Shown here in pieces: positions 13,130-26,489 of a DNA stretch of 64,000 nucleotides. Location of the stretch: positions 153,078,001 to 153,142,000 of the forward strand of contig NC_042998.1 of NCBI RefSeq assembly GCF_006345805.1. Reading direction: 5' to 3'. Every line of letters starts with the position of its first letter. The stretch's first letter is position 1. A model generated the notes under the pieces. The model saw only the letters and a program-made list of their open reading frames with translations. It did not search any database and had not been told where the DNA came from. The position numbers were made by a program, and so were the translations under genes. The stretch comes from Octopus sinensis. Its lineage: Eukaryota.

Positions 13130-14781
13130 TACTGATGCTATATTCCTAGTGAGACCACTGTAAGAGAAGTACTTGGCCAAAAATAAACATCTGCACTTGG
13201 CTTTTGTTGACATGGAGAAAGCTTTGAACAGGGTCCCCAACTCCCTCCTCGTGTAGGCAATATAGAAGCTAGGGATAGGTAAGTGGTTGGTGAGATCTGT
13301 ACAAGCCATGTGCAGGAGCACTGTCAGTAAGGTAAACGTCAGCAATGAGCATAGCAAGGTATTTAATGTACAGCTAGTTCACCAAGAATTGGTTCTTAGC
13401 TCCCTTTTATTTATCATAGTCCTCCAGGCCATAACAGAGAAATTGAAGATGGGCTACCCTTGGGAGCTCCTCTATGTTGATGACCTTGCTCTTATTGCTG
13501 AATTACTACCAGAGCTAGAGAAAAATTTCATATGTACATGCAAGGTCTGAAATCAAAGGACCTTCAAGTTAATTTAGCAAAGACCACAGTCCTAGTAAGT
13601 AGGAAAACAGACTAATCACTGATCCCATCAGGAAATGGCCCTGCTTGATATGTAGAAAAAGTGTTGGTAGAAACTACATGTAGTTTGTCCAGTGCAAGCT
13701 GTGATCACGTAAGAGGTGCTACAGTATCACAGCAAAGTAAATGGAGAATGTAGTCTTCATATGTGGATGATGTGCAGGTACATTAAATACTAGGAATGTA
13801 CAGAAAATAGGCTCCCTCAAATGTCTGGGCTGATCCTTAGAAGTAGTAGACAGTTTTCGTTACATAGGTAATCAGGCTAGCAGTGGAGGAGGTAGTTCTT
13901 AAATCATAGCTGCTAGAATATTAATGGGCTGGGCAAAGTTCAGAGAGCTATTTCTGTTAGTAACAAAAGGCCTTTCCCTCAGAGTGAAAGACAGATTGTA
14001 TGATGCTTGTGTATAAACAACTATCCTACATGGCAGTGAGACATGGGTTGTCTAAGGACATATGAAGGCTTGAAAAAAATGAAGCCAGCATGCTCTGCTG
14101 GATGGGTAATGTCAGTGTGCATGTACAACAGAGTGTAAGTGATTTTAGAGAAAAATTGGGTATACCAGGCATCAAATGTAGTGTGCAGGAGAGAAGACTG
14201 AGCTGGTATGATTATGCGATGCATATGGATGAAGACAGCTGCATCAAGAAGTTTTGATCTCTACTTGTGGAGGGAAATTATGAAAGGGGTAGACCCAGGA
14301 AAACGTAGGATAAAGTGGTAAGAGGAGATGACAAGAGACTGAGACTTCTGGTCTTTTGCTGTGCTTGAGAAGATATGTCATGCTAAGTAAACTTGTAGCT
14401 ATCCATGCATACAGGCATGTCCTCTACATCCTTCTCTTAGCTAAGAGATCCTAGTCTTATGGGTTCGTAAGTGCTGGTACCATGTAAAAGTGTCCATGCT
14501 GATGCCACAGAAAAGCACCTGTGCCAGTACCATGTAAAAGTGCCCATGCTGATGCTGCATAAAAGCACCTGTGCCGGTACCACATAAAAGTACCCTGCCA
14601 GTGCCATATTTGATGCATCCAGCATACTCTGTAGAGGGGTTGGTATTGGGAAGGGCATCCAGCTGTCGAAACCATGCCACAACAGACAATTGGAGCCTGG
14701 GCAGCTCTTCCAGTTGGCCAGCTCTTGTCAAACCATCCAACCCATGCCAGCATGGAGAACGGACATTAAATAATGATGATT
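13130..14781 (+). mobile_element. 5'-truncated degenerate RTE LINE in the OPA3 intron
   Basis: TDAIFLVR, AFVDMEKA and PWELLYVDDLALIAE, plus PHD-like remnant, RTE 3' UTR and (GAT)n tail. Confidence 0.88.
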
Positions 14782-15654
14782 AATCAACTAATTAATAATA
14801 ATGGTTATTTGAGGAAATGATATGACAGACCTGGAAGTAACAAGGGCCCTTAATTGATGAGGTCACATAGGAACTTCATTTCACATTTCTCCAATCTTCT
14901 TGGCTTCAATGAATACCAGCCAAATGCTGGTGTAGCCCTCTCATTACCAAGCTATCACATCCTAGATATTACTCTAGATGAAGGGTGCCCATCTCTGCTT
15001 ACAAACTAATGTAGGTATCTGAAACAATTAGCCAAAGCATAGTACATGTCACCAAGCCATATTCACTTGCAAATAGCAGCTGGTTATATTATACAAGCAA
15101 AACGCCCCCCCCCCCCGGTCCAATGGACGATGCTGAATCATATCTGCTGAATAAAAAGCAATCAGTGTTTTCTTTCCATTAAAAAATAATTAAGCATGCC
15201 TTTATTTCAATAACATTTTTGGTTTTGCTAAACAAAGTTAAGGCAAAAAAAAAACGTCTTGAGAAACCAAATAGTCTTTCCTTCCTTCATGCCAAGTTTG
15301 AAGAAAATATCTCTTTTGCATCTTACTTTTTTGGTCTCTTAAATATACTGCATTTTGTGGCATTATTTCAAGCTAGCCGGCTTTTTTTGCGCAAACTGTA
15401 CGTGCATTTTTCTCGCATACACGTTGTATCAATCGCAACAGTTGATGTACTTGCACCTATAAATGCATGTTCCCATGGCTTTATCAATTGCATTCTCACC
15501 TGAAATTGATTTTTGTAATTTTTTCAAGACTTATATATGCCCTGATACTGTTGGTATCTACATATTGAATTTTAGTGCAATCGGATGGAGGATGCCCGAG
15601 ATCCTAGAAGACACATACACACAGACAGAATGGATTTTATATATTATATAATGT

Positions 15655-16040
15655 ATCTCACCACTTTCCATAACTTGTCCCATCAGTTTGATACCTCGGT
15701 AGTTGCTTGTTTTTGAAGCGTCTCCTTTGCCATAGTAGTATTTAATGATATTATTTTGCCAATCATTGAGGTTGATATCTCCTGGTACTATACATTTGAT
15801 TGTGTGAGTTACTAGCTCATTGACTGCTTCAGCAAACATTTTCAGCATCTTAGTGACTATCTTTGATAGTCCAATTGCTTCTGCTTTCATATCCTTAATC
15901 ATCCTTTTGTTTGTATAGTTGTCAACTTCAGTGGCTGGTTCCTCTACTGGGTTTACTTAAAGTAGACTCTCTCTGCATACATTTTCAGCAACCTCAAGAA
16001 GAAATATTTCCGACATTAGATTATTTTTATCTTCACAATA
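15655..16040 (-). mobile_element. RTE LINE RT fragment
   Basis: NDWQNNIIKYYYGKGDASKTSNYRGIKLMGQVM resembles RTE NDWCSS...YKGKGDALD..NYRGIKL. Confidence 0.75.
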
Positions 16041-16064
16041 TAACCACAATGCTCTTCATTTCAT

Positions 16065-16568
16065 CTTCATCATCATCATCGTTTAATGTCTGCTTTCCAT
16101 GCTAGCATGGGTTGAACGATTTCGACTGAGGGCTGGCGAACCAGATGGCTGCACCAGGCTCCAATCTTGATCTAGCAGAGTTTTTACAGCTGGATGCCCT
16201 TCCTAATGCCAACCACTCCGAGAGTGTAGTGGGTGCTTTTTATGTGCCACCAGCATGGGGCCAGTCAGGCGGTACTGGCAACGACCTTACTCGAATCTTT
16301 TTACACATGCCACCGGCACAGGTGTCAGTAAGGCGATGCTGGTAACTATCACACTGAAATGGTGCCTTTTACATGCCACCGGCATGGAAGCCAGTTAGCC
16401 ACTCTGGCAACGATCACGCCCAGATGGTGCTCTTGGCACCCTACTAGCACGAGTGGTTTCTAATTAAGACACCAGCATCGCCTTACTGGCTGCTGGACTG
16501 GCTCCTGTGCCGGTGGCACGTAAAAGCACCCACTATACTCTCGGAGTAGTTGGCACAAGGAAGGGCAT
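16065..16568. mobile_element. RTE 3' tail on - joined to a short inverted tail piece on +
   Basis: (CAT)n plus tail core gatgcccttcctaatgccaaccactccgagagtgtagtgggtgc at ~16190-16240, with its reverse complement at ~16505-16568. Confidence 0.75.
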
Positions 16569-17976
16569 TTTGTATGTATTTATTTCTAAATTTATTTACC
16601 TTCATGCTGTCAATAGCTATGGGTCTCTTCTATCTTCATTAATTTATGCCTTAGCTTCATATTATCAAGTTTTTGTTACAAAACAGTCCAGTACTGAGAT
16701 GAAGACTATCATCAGTCAAGTCTTGAATAGAGGAGCATATTTTCTTTGAAAATGTTGAATCATACATTATGCTTCATTATGAAATTTGTCTCTTGGGTGA
16801 TGAATCAGCAGAATAGTTACAGCTTCAGACAAAATGCTTTGTGATATTTGCTTAAGTTCTGTGTCCAAATCTCACCAAAGTCAAGTTCGTCTTTCAATCT
16901 TTCAAAGTCAAAAATATTATGTACCAGTTGAGTACTAAGCTAGATTTGACTTTTCTCATTTCCCCAATTTCAGTTTTTGTGTTTTGTGTTAGAGACTACT
17001 ATGAAATCTGTTTTTCTACAGGTTAGCAATTCTGATTATTTGTAGAAATGTTTAGTCACTCTCAATTGTTGGAGTAACTAAAACTATATATTAAAAAATT
17101 ATTTCTACCTAGAATTTGAATTATATAATTTTGTGATCACTTCTCGGGTAATTTTATTTCATATAGCTCTGATGTATATTGTTTTGTAACACTATATGTC
17201 TATAAAGGAATTTTTCCTAAATAGAAAACCACAGCTTCTGACATTTAAACAACATGCATACATCAAGTAATGATGATGATCATCGTCATCATTTAATGTC
17301 CATTTTCCATGCTGCGCCAGTCTCCAGCCATCTGTTTTGGCATGGTTTCTATGGCTGGATGCCCTTCTTAATGCAAACCACTTTGCAGAGTCTACTGAGT
17401 GCTTTTTACGTGGCACCAGTACAGGTTCTTTTTACATGGTGCTAACACAAGTGCTTTTTACATGGCACCAACACAAGTGTTTTTTATGTCACCAACATGG
17501 GTGCTATCTATGTGGTGCCAGAATGAGTTCTTTTTATGTGACACCACCACATATGTGGTATTAATAATGTTTACATTATAGAGCTGCTTATGTTGCATTA
17601 TTCAAATTTATTCTGCCTTTGCAGTACAATTTCAGATCAGTTGATAGTTTATACGCTATCTATATATACTTCAGACTGGCAATTTCAATTTTGTTTCAGA
17701 AGTGACACAATTATGTAACACTGATAAACCACAAACCAAGCAGAATACTTATCTGTCGCTCTCGTGATCATTTTTTGGGTAATTTCATTTCTCCCAACTC
17801 TGAAGTATACTGTGGTTTTTAACACTATATATTTTTAACAGGATGTTCCTCAGACAAAAACCACAGTCTCTGGTGTTTAAACAACATACATAGTTAACTA
17901 TGTGGTATTGATAACATATAATTTTGTATTCAACGTAATGCTTCACTCTCATTTGTTTGGTTCTAGTATACTAGTG

Positions 17977-18306
17977 AAGGTGTATGGCTCAGTGGTTAGA
18001 GCATTGAGTTTACGATCGTGAGGTTGTGAGTTTGATTCCCAGACCGGGCTGCGTGTTGTATTCTTGAGCAAGACACTTTATTTCACATTGCTCCAGTTCA
18101 CTCAGCTGTAGAAATGAGTTGCGACATCACTGGTGCCAAGCTGTATCGGCCTTTGCCTTTCCCTTGGATAACATCAGTGGTGTGGAGAGGGAAGCCTGGT
18201 ATGCATGGGCGACTGCTGGCCTTCCACAAAACAACCTTGCCCGGACTTGTGCCTCGGAGGGTAACTTTCTAGGTGCAATCCCATAGCCATTCATGACCGA
18301 AGGGGA
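17977..18306 (+). mobile_element. tRNA-derived SINE (same family as 30498-30838)
   Basis: A box TGGCTCAGTGG, B box GAGTTTGATTCC, core cttgagcaagacactttatttcac...cactcagctg. Confidence 0.85.
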
Positions 18307-18435
18307 TCTCCTCAGTATACTTACTAGCACCAATTCCTTTGAAACAACTATTTCGTTTCTGCCAATATGGTCTGTGTGTCTTGCTGCATCTTAAATTAAT
18401 AATATAACTTATTCCATGAAATATTATCTCATGGA

Positions 18436-18468
<33 letters not shown>

Positions 18469-18540
18469 CTTCCTAATGTAATCAGAGCAAGAGATAATTA
18501 GTTGTATGAGTTATTAGGAGTAAATACAAGATTCATTCTA

Positions 18541-19070
18541 TTGGGTTGTCCAGAAAGTTCATGCCAATTTTTAAAGGAAAGAAAAACGTCAATAAATACT
18601 TGCCATTACATTTTTAATCAACCATTTTCTTGCACAATGCGTCTCCATCTTTCCTTTAACTTGAAAATACCCTCTTCCCAGAATTGAGGTGGTTTCATGG
18701 CAAAGAATTCATCAAGGTATCTTTTTACATCATCCAAGGAATTGAAATTTTTACCATTAAAACTATTCTGCAGAGACCTGAATAAGTGGAAATCTGAAGG
18801 AGCAATATCTGGTGAATATGGAGGGTGGGGTAACACATCCTAGCCGAGCTGCAGCAATTTTTGTCTGGTTCCCAAAGCATCAAGTGCCGAAAATGAACTT
18901 TTTTATCTTCCATTTTAAAGGGTTACAGAATTAACACAGGTTATAGGAACATAAATCTTCTTCCACGAAAAGATAGCTTAAACTGTGCTCTAAAATGGAC
19001 TCAACCATGTTCTAAAATAAGTCGAAAGGTAAGCTACTATAAATCGGCACAAACTTTCCGGACAACCCAG
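18541..19070 (-). mobile_element. Internally deleted mariner transposon
   Basis: TIRs ttgggttgtccagaaagttcatgccaattt / aaatcggcacaaactttccggacaacccag, with TA at 18539. N-terminus MEDKKVHFRHLML is joined to C-terminal LPHPPYSPDIAPSDFHLFRSLQN. Confidence 0.9.
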
Positions 19071-19277
19071 TTTTTTTTATTAGAAATGTTTAACTCATTA
19101 GCATTTAAACCAGCCTAATCTGGTCCAAGTTTCTATCTATTTTATATCCAAACCAGCCAGATCCAGCCTCTCACACCTATTCTACAGTGTCATTCTTAAA
19201 TGAACATTACATTTTAATAGAATAAAACTATTCATGTTCTTTGGAAGTTTAATATTTTTTCTTTGTCTTTCTTTCAG

Positions 19278-19648
19278 TGTATCACTGGGCAGAAGTGAAT
19301 GTTAAAATGCGAGTAATGGGATTAGGCAAAGCCAAAGATGTACAGAGACTAAATGAACAAATGGCAACTGAACTTGGAGCAGAGCTTCTTGGAGAGGCTA
19401 TAATTTTCTTTATTGCAGCAGCTACAATATATGTAGAGTACCAACGCTCTGCCATGAAAGAGCAGGTGAAAGAAGAAGAAAAAACACAAAAAGTTCGTAG
19501 ACTTGAATACCGTATTCAAGAACTAGACATAGTAACAGACCAGCAAGAAGCTCGTATCCGTGAATTATCAAGAATAGTCCTTGATATTCAATCTAAATTA
19601 TGTGATGTAAAGTCTTCAGATGCTCCCTGGTTTCGTCAAAAAAAATAA
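19278..19648 (+). CDS. OPA3: OPA3 coding exon 2 (terminal)
   Basis: Polypyrimidine tract and ttcAG acceptor at 19276-19277. The spliced frame gives ...PPAQ-L-YHWAEVNVKMRVMG...LNEQMATELGAELLGEAIIF...EYQRS, then a coiled coil and TAA. Joined CDS is 510 nt (169 aa). Confidence 0.95.
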
Positions 19649-19989
19649 CTGATTAATAATTGTCTTTCAAATTTAATATCATTTTAGGATATCATTAATT
19701 CTAAAGCTATCTACTATAATGTTACTTTGTTCTGGTGAATTGTTAGCTATGAAGACAAATTCTCCATTTTACAGTAGTACTGGCAGCTTGACAAGCTTCT
19801 TCATTTCCAAATATTAATTTCCAATTACTTTTCTGTACATAAACCAAAACTAAATTTCTAAATTATTTCGTACACTTTGAGAAGCTTGAAACTGATTGTT
19901 TAAATTCCTGTTATAAATTATATTTTTCTGACACATTGGACTGGTGTAATCTTTGATGTTCTTACTATATCATTATTTATTTTATGATT

Positions 19990-20210
19990 GAGGCTGGTGG
20001 ATTAACAGAATTATTCAGGCATTGGAAAAAATACCTTGTGTTATTTATTCTGATTCTTTGCTCTGAGTTCAAATCCCACCGAGGTCAACTTTGCCTGTCA
20101 TCCTTCTGGGGTTTGATAAAATAAAGAACCAGTCAAATACTGGGGTTGATGTTATTGACTAAATCCTCCACAAATTTCAGACCCTTGCCTAAATTGAGAA
20201 ACCATTATTT
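19990..20210 (+). mobile_element. Degenerate tRNA-derived SINE downstream of the OPA3 stop
   Basis: B box GAGTTCAAATCC followed by gaggtcaactttgcc...gataaaataaag.accag core. A related copy lies at ~16800-16990. Confidence 0.65.
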
Positions 20211-20469
20211 ATTTTATAATGTATCGTTAATTGATATTAAATTAATTAATGATAGTTGATTTATACAAAGTGTGTATAAATTTATGTAAAAAAAACGTTA
20301 TATACAGATGTTTATAAAAACAAACCTTCACTAAGAGGAAAAATTATCTGGTTATGTCATTCATTTCTTATATTAAGAAAAGATACCAAATTACTTGTAA
20401 CTGGAATGACTATTGAACATGATAATAAGTCTCACTATGCATCTCAGCAATTTTTTTTTTTTTGTCACT

Positions 20470-21600
20470 TACTGAATCTGCAAGGGTAATGCCCAAAACC
20501 TTTGTAGACTTTCCAAGTTCAGTGAGGTTGTACACATTTATCTATCCATTGACCTCCTCATCTCATTTTCCCTGCGAGGGTCATAGGAGTAAAGTACTCC
20601 TGCAACTCCTCTATTGGTTCCTTTCAAAAGCAACTCTCATTAGACTTTCCAGATGGATTCCTGAGCATGACCAACTGAGACTATAGATATAATTGAACCA
20701 TCACGCTTATGGTCTACTCTTAGGTCTCCTTACCTGTTGGCTTGGCTTGAAGAATCCATCTTGCAATTCTTTCTAATCACAGTGGCACATAAAAAGCACC
20801 ATCCGATCGTGGCCGTTTGCCAGCCTCGCCTGGCCTCCATGCCGGTGGCACGTAAAAAGCACCATCCAATCATGGCCGTTTCCAAGCCACGTCTGACACC
20901 TGTGCCGGTGGCACGTAAAAAGCACCCACTACACTCATGGAGTGGTTGGCATTAGGAAGGGCATCCAGCCGTAGAAACATTGCCAGATCAGACTGGAGTC
21001 TGGTGCAGCCTTCTGGCTTCCCAGACCCCAGTTGCACCGTCCAACCCATGCCAGCACGGAAAGCAGACGCTAAACGATGATGATGATGATGATGTCCATA
21101 GTACCAAAGCTGTGACCTCTCAATGCAATGCAGAGAGGTAGCAGCTCAACCTGGAGAGACTCCCTGAGCTGCAGGCTATGCACTCTGTTGAGCAACAATA
21201 CTCTAGTAATTCTTCTGAGAAACCCCATTTCGGTTACTTATATTTGTGATTGTACTCTTTCGGTCATTACCTAGCATTCATGTCCATAGGTGAGGACAGA
21301 TACGTAAGCAGAATTGAAGATAACTGTTTTTGTTTTTTTTTTACCATTCTCTCTTCAGAGAAATGATTGCTGGAGTGGGTGGATTACTGTACCAGTGCCT
21401 GCAATTCTAGCATCTAATTCGACCTACTACTTCCCCATTATTCGTATATACAACCCCGAGTAATGTTCTGTTTAAGCTGTTGTGAGTCAATACCTGCAGG
21501 AAAGGCATGAGAAGAGAGGAGATTCCAGAGAAATGATGTTCCGGCGAAGAAAGACAGCATATTGTTTCGTGTGGGAAAAAATTATTTTATGATACTGAAT
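20470..21600 (-). mobile_element. Old RTE (Rex3/Expander-like) LINE 3' fragment interrupted by a younger RTE tail (20780-21093, +)
   Basis: Minus translation ELDARIAG...SVLTYGHEC*VMTERVQSQI*VTEMGFLRRI matches the Rex3-type RT C-terminus. Confidence 0.65.
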
Positions 21601-22034
21601 GCTAGGAAGGGCATCCAGCCGTAGAAACACTGCCAGATCTGACTGGGCCTGACGAAGCCTTCTAGCTTCACAGACCCCAGTTGACCCGTCCAACCCATGC
21701 TAGCATGGAAAGCGGACGCTAAATGATGATGATGAATGCCTTGGCTGTACTTTCTTGGCAAATATTGAGGTAAAAACAGAGTTGTCTACCTTGACACTGT
21801 GTTTGTACAGTATAATGGCTGTACTAACGTTTGTACTCAAGATCACTTTGTCAATTATTTCGGTGGCTTATAACAATAATTTCTGCGTCTTAAAACCTAA
21901 TTATATATATAACACACATATATAAATATTATTTCTAAATCTCTTAACGAGAGACATTCAGTAACAGTACTTTAAAGTAAAGACTGTTTGCCAATATAAT
22001 GTAGCTGTTCCCGGTTGAGACTGCCAAATTATAC

Positions 22035-22077
<43 letters not shown>

Positions 22078-22265
22078 CGTACAAGTTCTTTTATTTGTTT
22101 CAGTCATATATATGTGTGTCTATAATGTGGCAGTCTCAACCGGAACTGCTACATTATGTTGGCAAACAGTCTTTACTTTAAAGTACTGTTACTGAATGTC
22201 TCTCATTAAGAGATTTAGAAATAATATTTATATATGTGTGTGTATTATATATATATATGCATATA

Positions 22266-22339
<74 letters not shown>

Positions 22340-22599
22340 ACATATTATATGCATATAATATGTATATATATAATATATAATATATAATATATATATATAT
22401 AGATATATATAATATAATATATATATATATATATAATATATAATATATATATATAATATATATAATATATATATATAATATATATATATAATAGATATAT
22501 ATAATATAATAATATATATAATATATAATAATATAATATATATATATATTAATATATATATATATATAATATATATATATTAATATATATATATATAAT

Positions 22600-22637
<38 letters not shown>

Positions 22638-23406
22638 ATAATATATATATATATTATATATAATATATATATATATAATATATATAATATATAATATATA
22701 TATATATATAATATATATATATATCTATAAAATAATATGTTACAATTATTCAATAGTCAAGATAAAACTCCGAGTTTCGGAGGCCAAGGTGGAAATCTGG
22801 CCATATGAAAATGAAGAGATGGTGTTGTGGATTTCCACTTCGGCATCCGAAATTCGGAGTTTTATCTTGACTATTGAATAATTGTAACATATTATTTTAT
22901 AGATAAATTTCCTCTATTTACATAATATTGAGGTCTCTTTCTTTCTTTTGTTATCTTACCGTTTTTACCAATATATATAATATATATATATATACATACA
23001 CATAGATTGAGATTCGTGTATATTTACATCTCGTACCAGTGTTAAATACATCAGAGTTTTTTTCTTTTTAAGTAGTTTTAACAATGTAATTATTAAATTA
23101 TACATGGCTGGCAAAGCAGAGTTATGTACCTTGCTTAACATTTCTGAAGAAGAAAAATCTGCATCTCCATGTGTCCATTGATATATAATATCTCACTTCT
23201 ATGATCTGCTCTACAATATAACAAAAATATTTCTATCACATCTAAACTAAGTGGCCAGTTAATGAAGAGAGAAGTGAGATTTAATGATTATTGCTCATAG
23301 AAAAAGACAACACTAATTCTCATGCAATTTTGAATTATGCTAAATTATGGAGATACAACCATCTGTATATGTAATTATAACCATGTATATATATATATAT
23401 TCATGT

Positions 23407-23702
23407 GGAGGCGCAATGGCCCAGTGGTTAGGGCAGCGGACTCGTGGTCATAGGATCGCGGTTTTGATTCCCAGACCGGGCGTTGTGAGTGTTTATTGAG
23501 CAATAACACCTAAAAGCTCCACGAGGCTCCGGCAGGGGGTGGTGATCCCTGCTGTACTCTTTCACCACTCTTTCTCTCACTCTTTCTTCTATTGGCCTGC
23601 TCGCTTAGCCAGCGGGGTGGCATCATTCGAATTCTAAAACAATGCAAACGCATTGGGACCAGCGATGTGTAGCAACATCTGATGGTCTGGTCGGTCACTT
23701 GA
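23407..23702 (+). mobile_element. tRNA-derived SINE, near full length
   Basis: GGAGGCGCAATGGCCCAGTGGTTAGGG (A box) ... GGTTTTGATTCCC (B box). Inserted in (TA)n. Confidence 0.85.
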
Positions 23703-26489
23703 TATATTCATATATGGACACACATATAATCATTATTTAATGTCCAATTTATGTTTGTATGCATCAGACTGGAGCAGGTATTCTACAGCTGGATGCCTTT
23801 CTCTTGCCATACCTCATCTATTTCCAAGCAAAGTAATATTTCTCATAGCCAGAGACATTTTCCATGGAAGACTTGAAATGAACAACATTGCCTATATGAT
23901 AGTGATTCTCATTTATTACCATCACATGATGCCAAGCATCATCAAGAGTACACACACATGTATAAAAATAATAATAAACTTATTGTATGCAGTGCTCGGG
24001 TGCACTAAAACTCAGAAGAAAAAGTAGCCAAAAGTACATGAACCATACATAGAATAATGCATAGGAAGTGAGTTGTTAAAGGAAAAAAGACAGGGTTATC
24101 ATGTGTAGTGTTGGTGAATTTCAGGAAGCATGGAAGCTTTGAAGGATGTAGTGTCCCGATAGCTGGTAGTTTATTCCATGCTTCAGCAATTCTGAGCATG
24201 AAAAAAATGTATCTGAAAGTTATGACTGCTGTGTTGTTTTTTGATTTTGTAAGCATATCCACAATTGTTAGACATATGGAGTTCCAGAAAGTGACGAGGT
24301 TGCTGTTGGAAAGATGGTGGATAATCTTGTGGGTTTCTTTCAGTTTCCATCTACCACATCCACTCACAAGTGGGACTAAACCTGAGGCCGCATAACTGAG
24401 AAACAAGCTTCTTAACACTGCCTCACCTGTCCATCACTCATGATAGAAGATGACTTGGTGTCATTGTATACCATGCTTTTAGTAATGGTTTGTAGTCACA
24501 AACAGATACAGATCTCCCCTCATGCACCTCTTGATCTAGCTGAACATACAGGATGTAGCAGTCTCCTGCATCTGTACTCAGCTGGTACTTTATTGAACCC
24601 CAAATAAACAAAAAGCAGAATTGATTTTGGCAAGGTTTGAACTGAAATACAGATAGCCAGGACACATATCACTGTGCATTGTATTCAATCCTCATCATCA
24701 TCATTTAATGCCTGTTTTCCATGCTGGCATGGGTTGGATGGTTTGATAAGAGCTAGCCAGCCAGAGAGTTGCACCAGGCTCCAATTGTCTGTTTTGGCTA
24801 AAGTTCTACAACTGGATGCCCTTCCTGGTGCCAACCACTTTACAGTGTGTGCTGGGTGCTTTATATGTGAAACCAGCATTGATATTTTATATGTCACACC
24901 AGCATGAGTACTTTTTACGTTGCACCAGCATGAGTGCTCCTTACATGGGTCAAGCACAGGTGTTTTTTTACAATGCACCAGCACAGATTCTTTCTATGTG
25001 GCACCAGCATGGGTGCTCTGTACATGGTACCAGCAGAGTCACTTTTTATGTGGCACTGACACATATTTTTCACATGGCACCAGCATAGGCATGGTGCTCA
25101 TTATGTGGCATCAGCATGGGTTCCCTCTATGTGGCACCAAGAATCTTCTAATAAATTTGTCAATTAACAATCTTACACACACAGGGACAGGCTTGATTAT
25201 GCTTTATGAAGTCCAGTTCCAGTGCTCATTACCCTTGATAAGTTGTCTTCAACAAAAGCTTTAGGTTTACCAATAATTTCTAAGGGTATTTGAAATGCAT
25301 AAACTGCAGGAAATTCAGGATGTAGATGTTTGTTACTTGTCATTGCATGGACGATACAGCGGTGATGTTGTCCATTCCATGTTCGCATGATGCTCTTTCT
25401 TGGTGCTTTCTGGAATATAAAAGATTCTTTTACTTGAAAACAAGGGTTAGGGTTAGTGACAGGAAGAACATCCGTCTGCAAAAGTCCTGCTTAAAATAAC
25501 TCACTATTCACATCTCTGGTAGTATGGAAAAACATGTTAACTGAAAGAATGATATATGCTTATATATGTGTGTGTGTGTGTGTGTATGTATGTAGGTATA
25601 TATATATGTATAAATGTTTGTTTTTATGTTCAGTTATAATAAAAACAATTTTACATTGATCTGATAGTTTATAGTATACTTTTGTAGAGTACAAATTTAT
25701 TATTCTTAAACAGGAATGTTGTTGATAGTGACTTTGAAGTTTTGGACAGATAAGCTATCATTGGACAGTGATGGTTTATTGTCCAACAATGGCTTATCTG
25801 GCAGAATCTTCAAAGTCACTGTCAACAACACTCTTGTATAAGAGTAATATATATGTGTGTATATATATGCTTGAAGATATGTATGTGTATATCATCATCT
25901 TTATTATTTATTTATGTATGTGTGTGTGGGTATATATATATACACATATATAAATAATCAAAATAAGCAACAAGGATATCCAGAGGTAATGCAGTACGAT
26001 CGTTTCATGCAATTCCATTTAACTGAACAATGTAATCATTACATCAATTTAAAATGTAGAGCAATCTTCGCTATGTTTCTCTCTATCTCTTCACTCTGTC
26101 TCCCTATCTCTTTCAATTACCACTTGACTCGATCGGACTTCCTACTTCCCCTCCACCACCACCCTGTATAAACTAACAAAAGCTTTATAGCTTCCTATGT
26201 CGATCTCAATACCTTGGCTGTGAAACTATGAACGCAAAAGATGAAGCATTCCTCCAGATAAGAATTCTTTTAAATTCAACCCTTGTATTTCTGCACGCTT
26301 GATTAACCCTTATTAGTTTATCTCTATTCTGTTTTACTCCATCTATTTCAGCGCCATGCCATCATGTTAAATATATTACCCTACAGTTCTGTCTTATCGA
26401 TGTCTAAGATAAACTAAGCTCATGCATTTCCCCTTAATCCGCAACATATTCTCTCACTCATGAAAGTCCATCACACAGACATTCGTCCC

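Noticed and set aside
23407-23480. tRNA gene-like sequences (also at 3580, 17977 and 30770)
   Set aside because: They continue into SINE bodies and lack a complete cloverleaf and terminator, so they are SINE heads.
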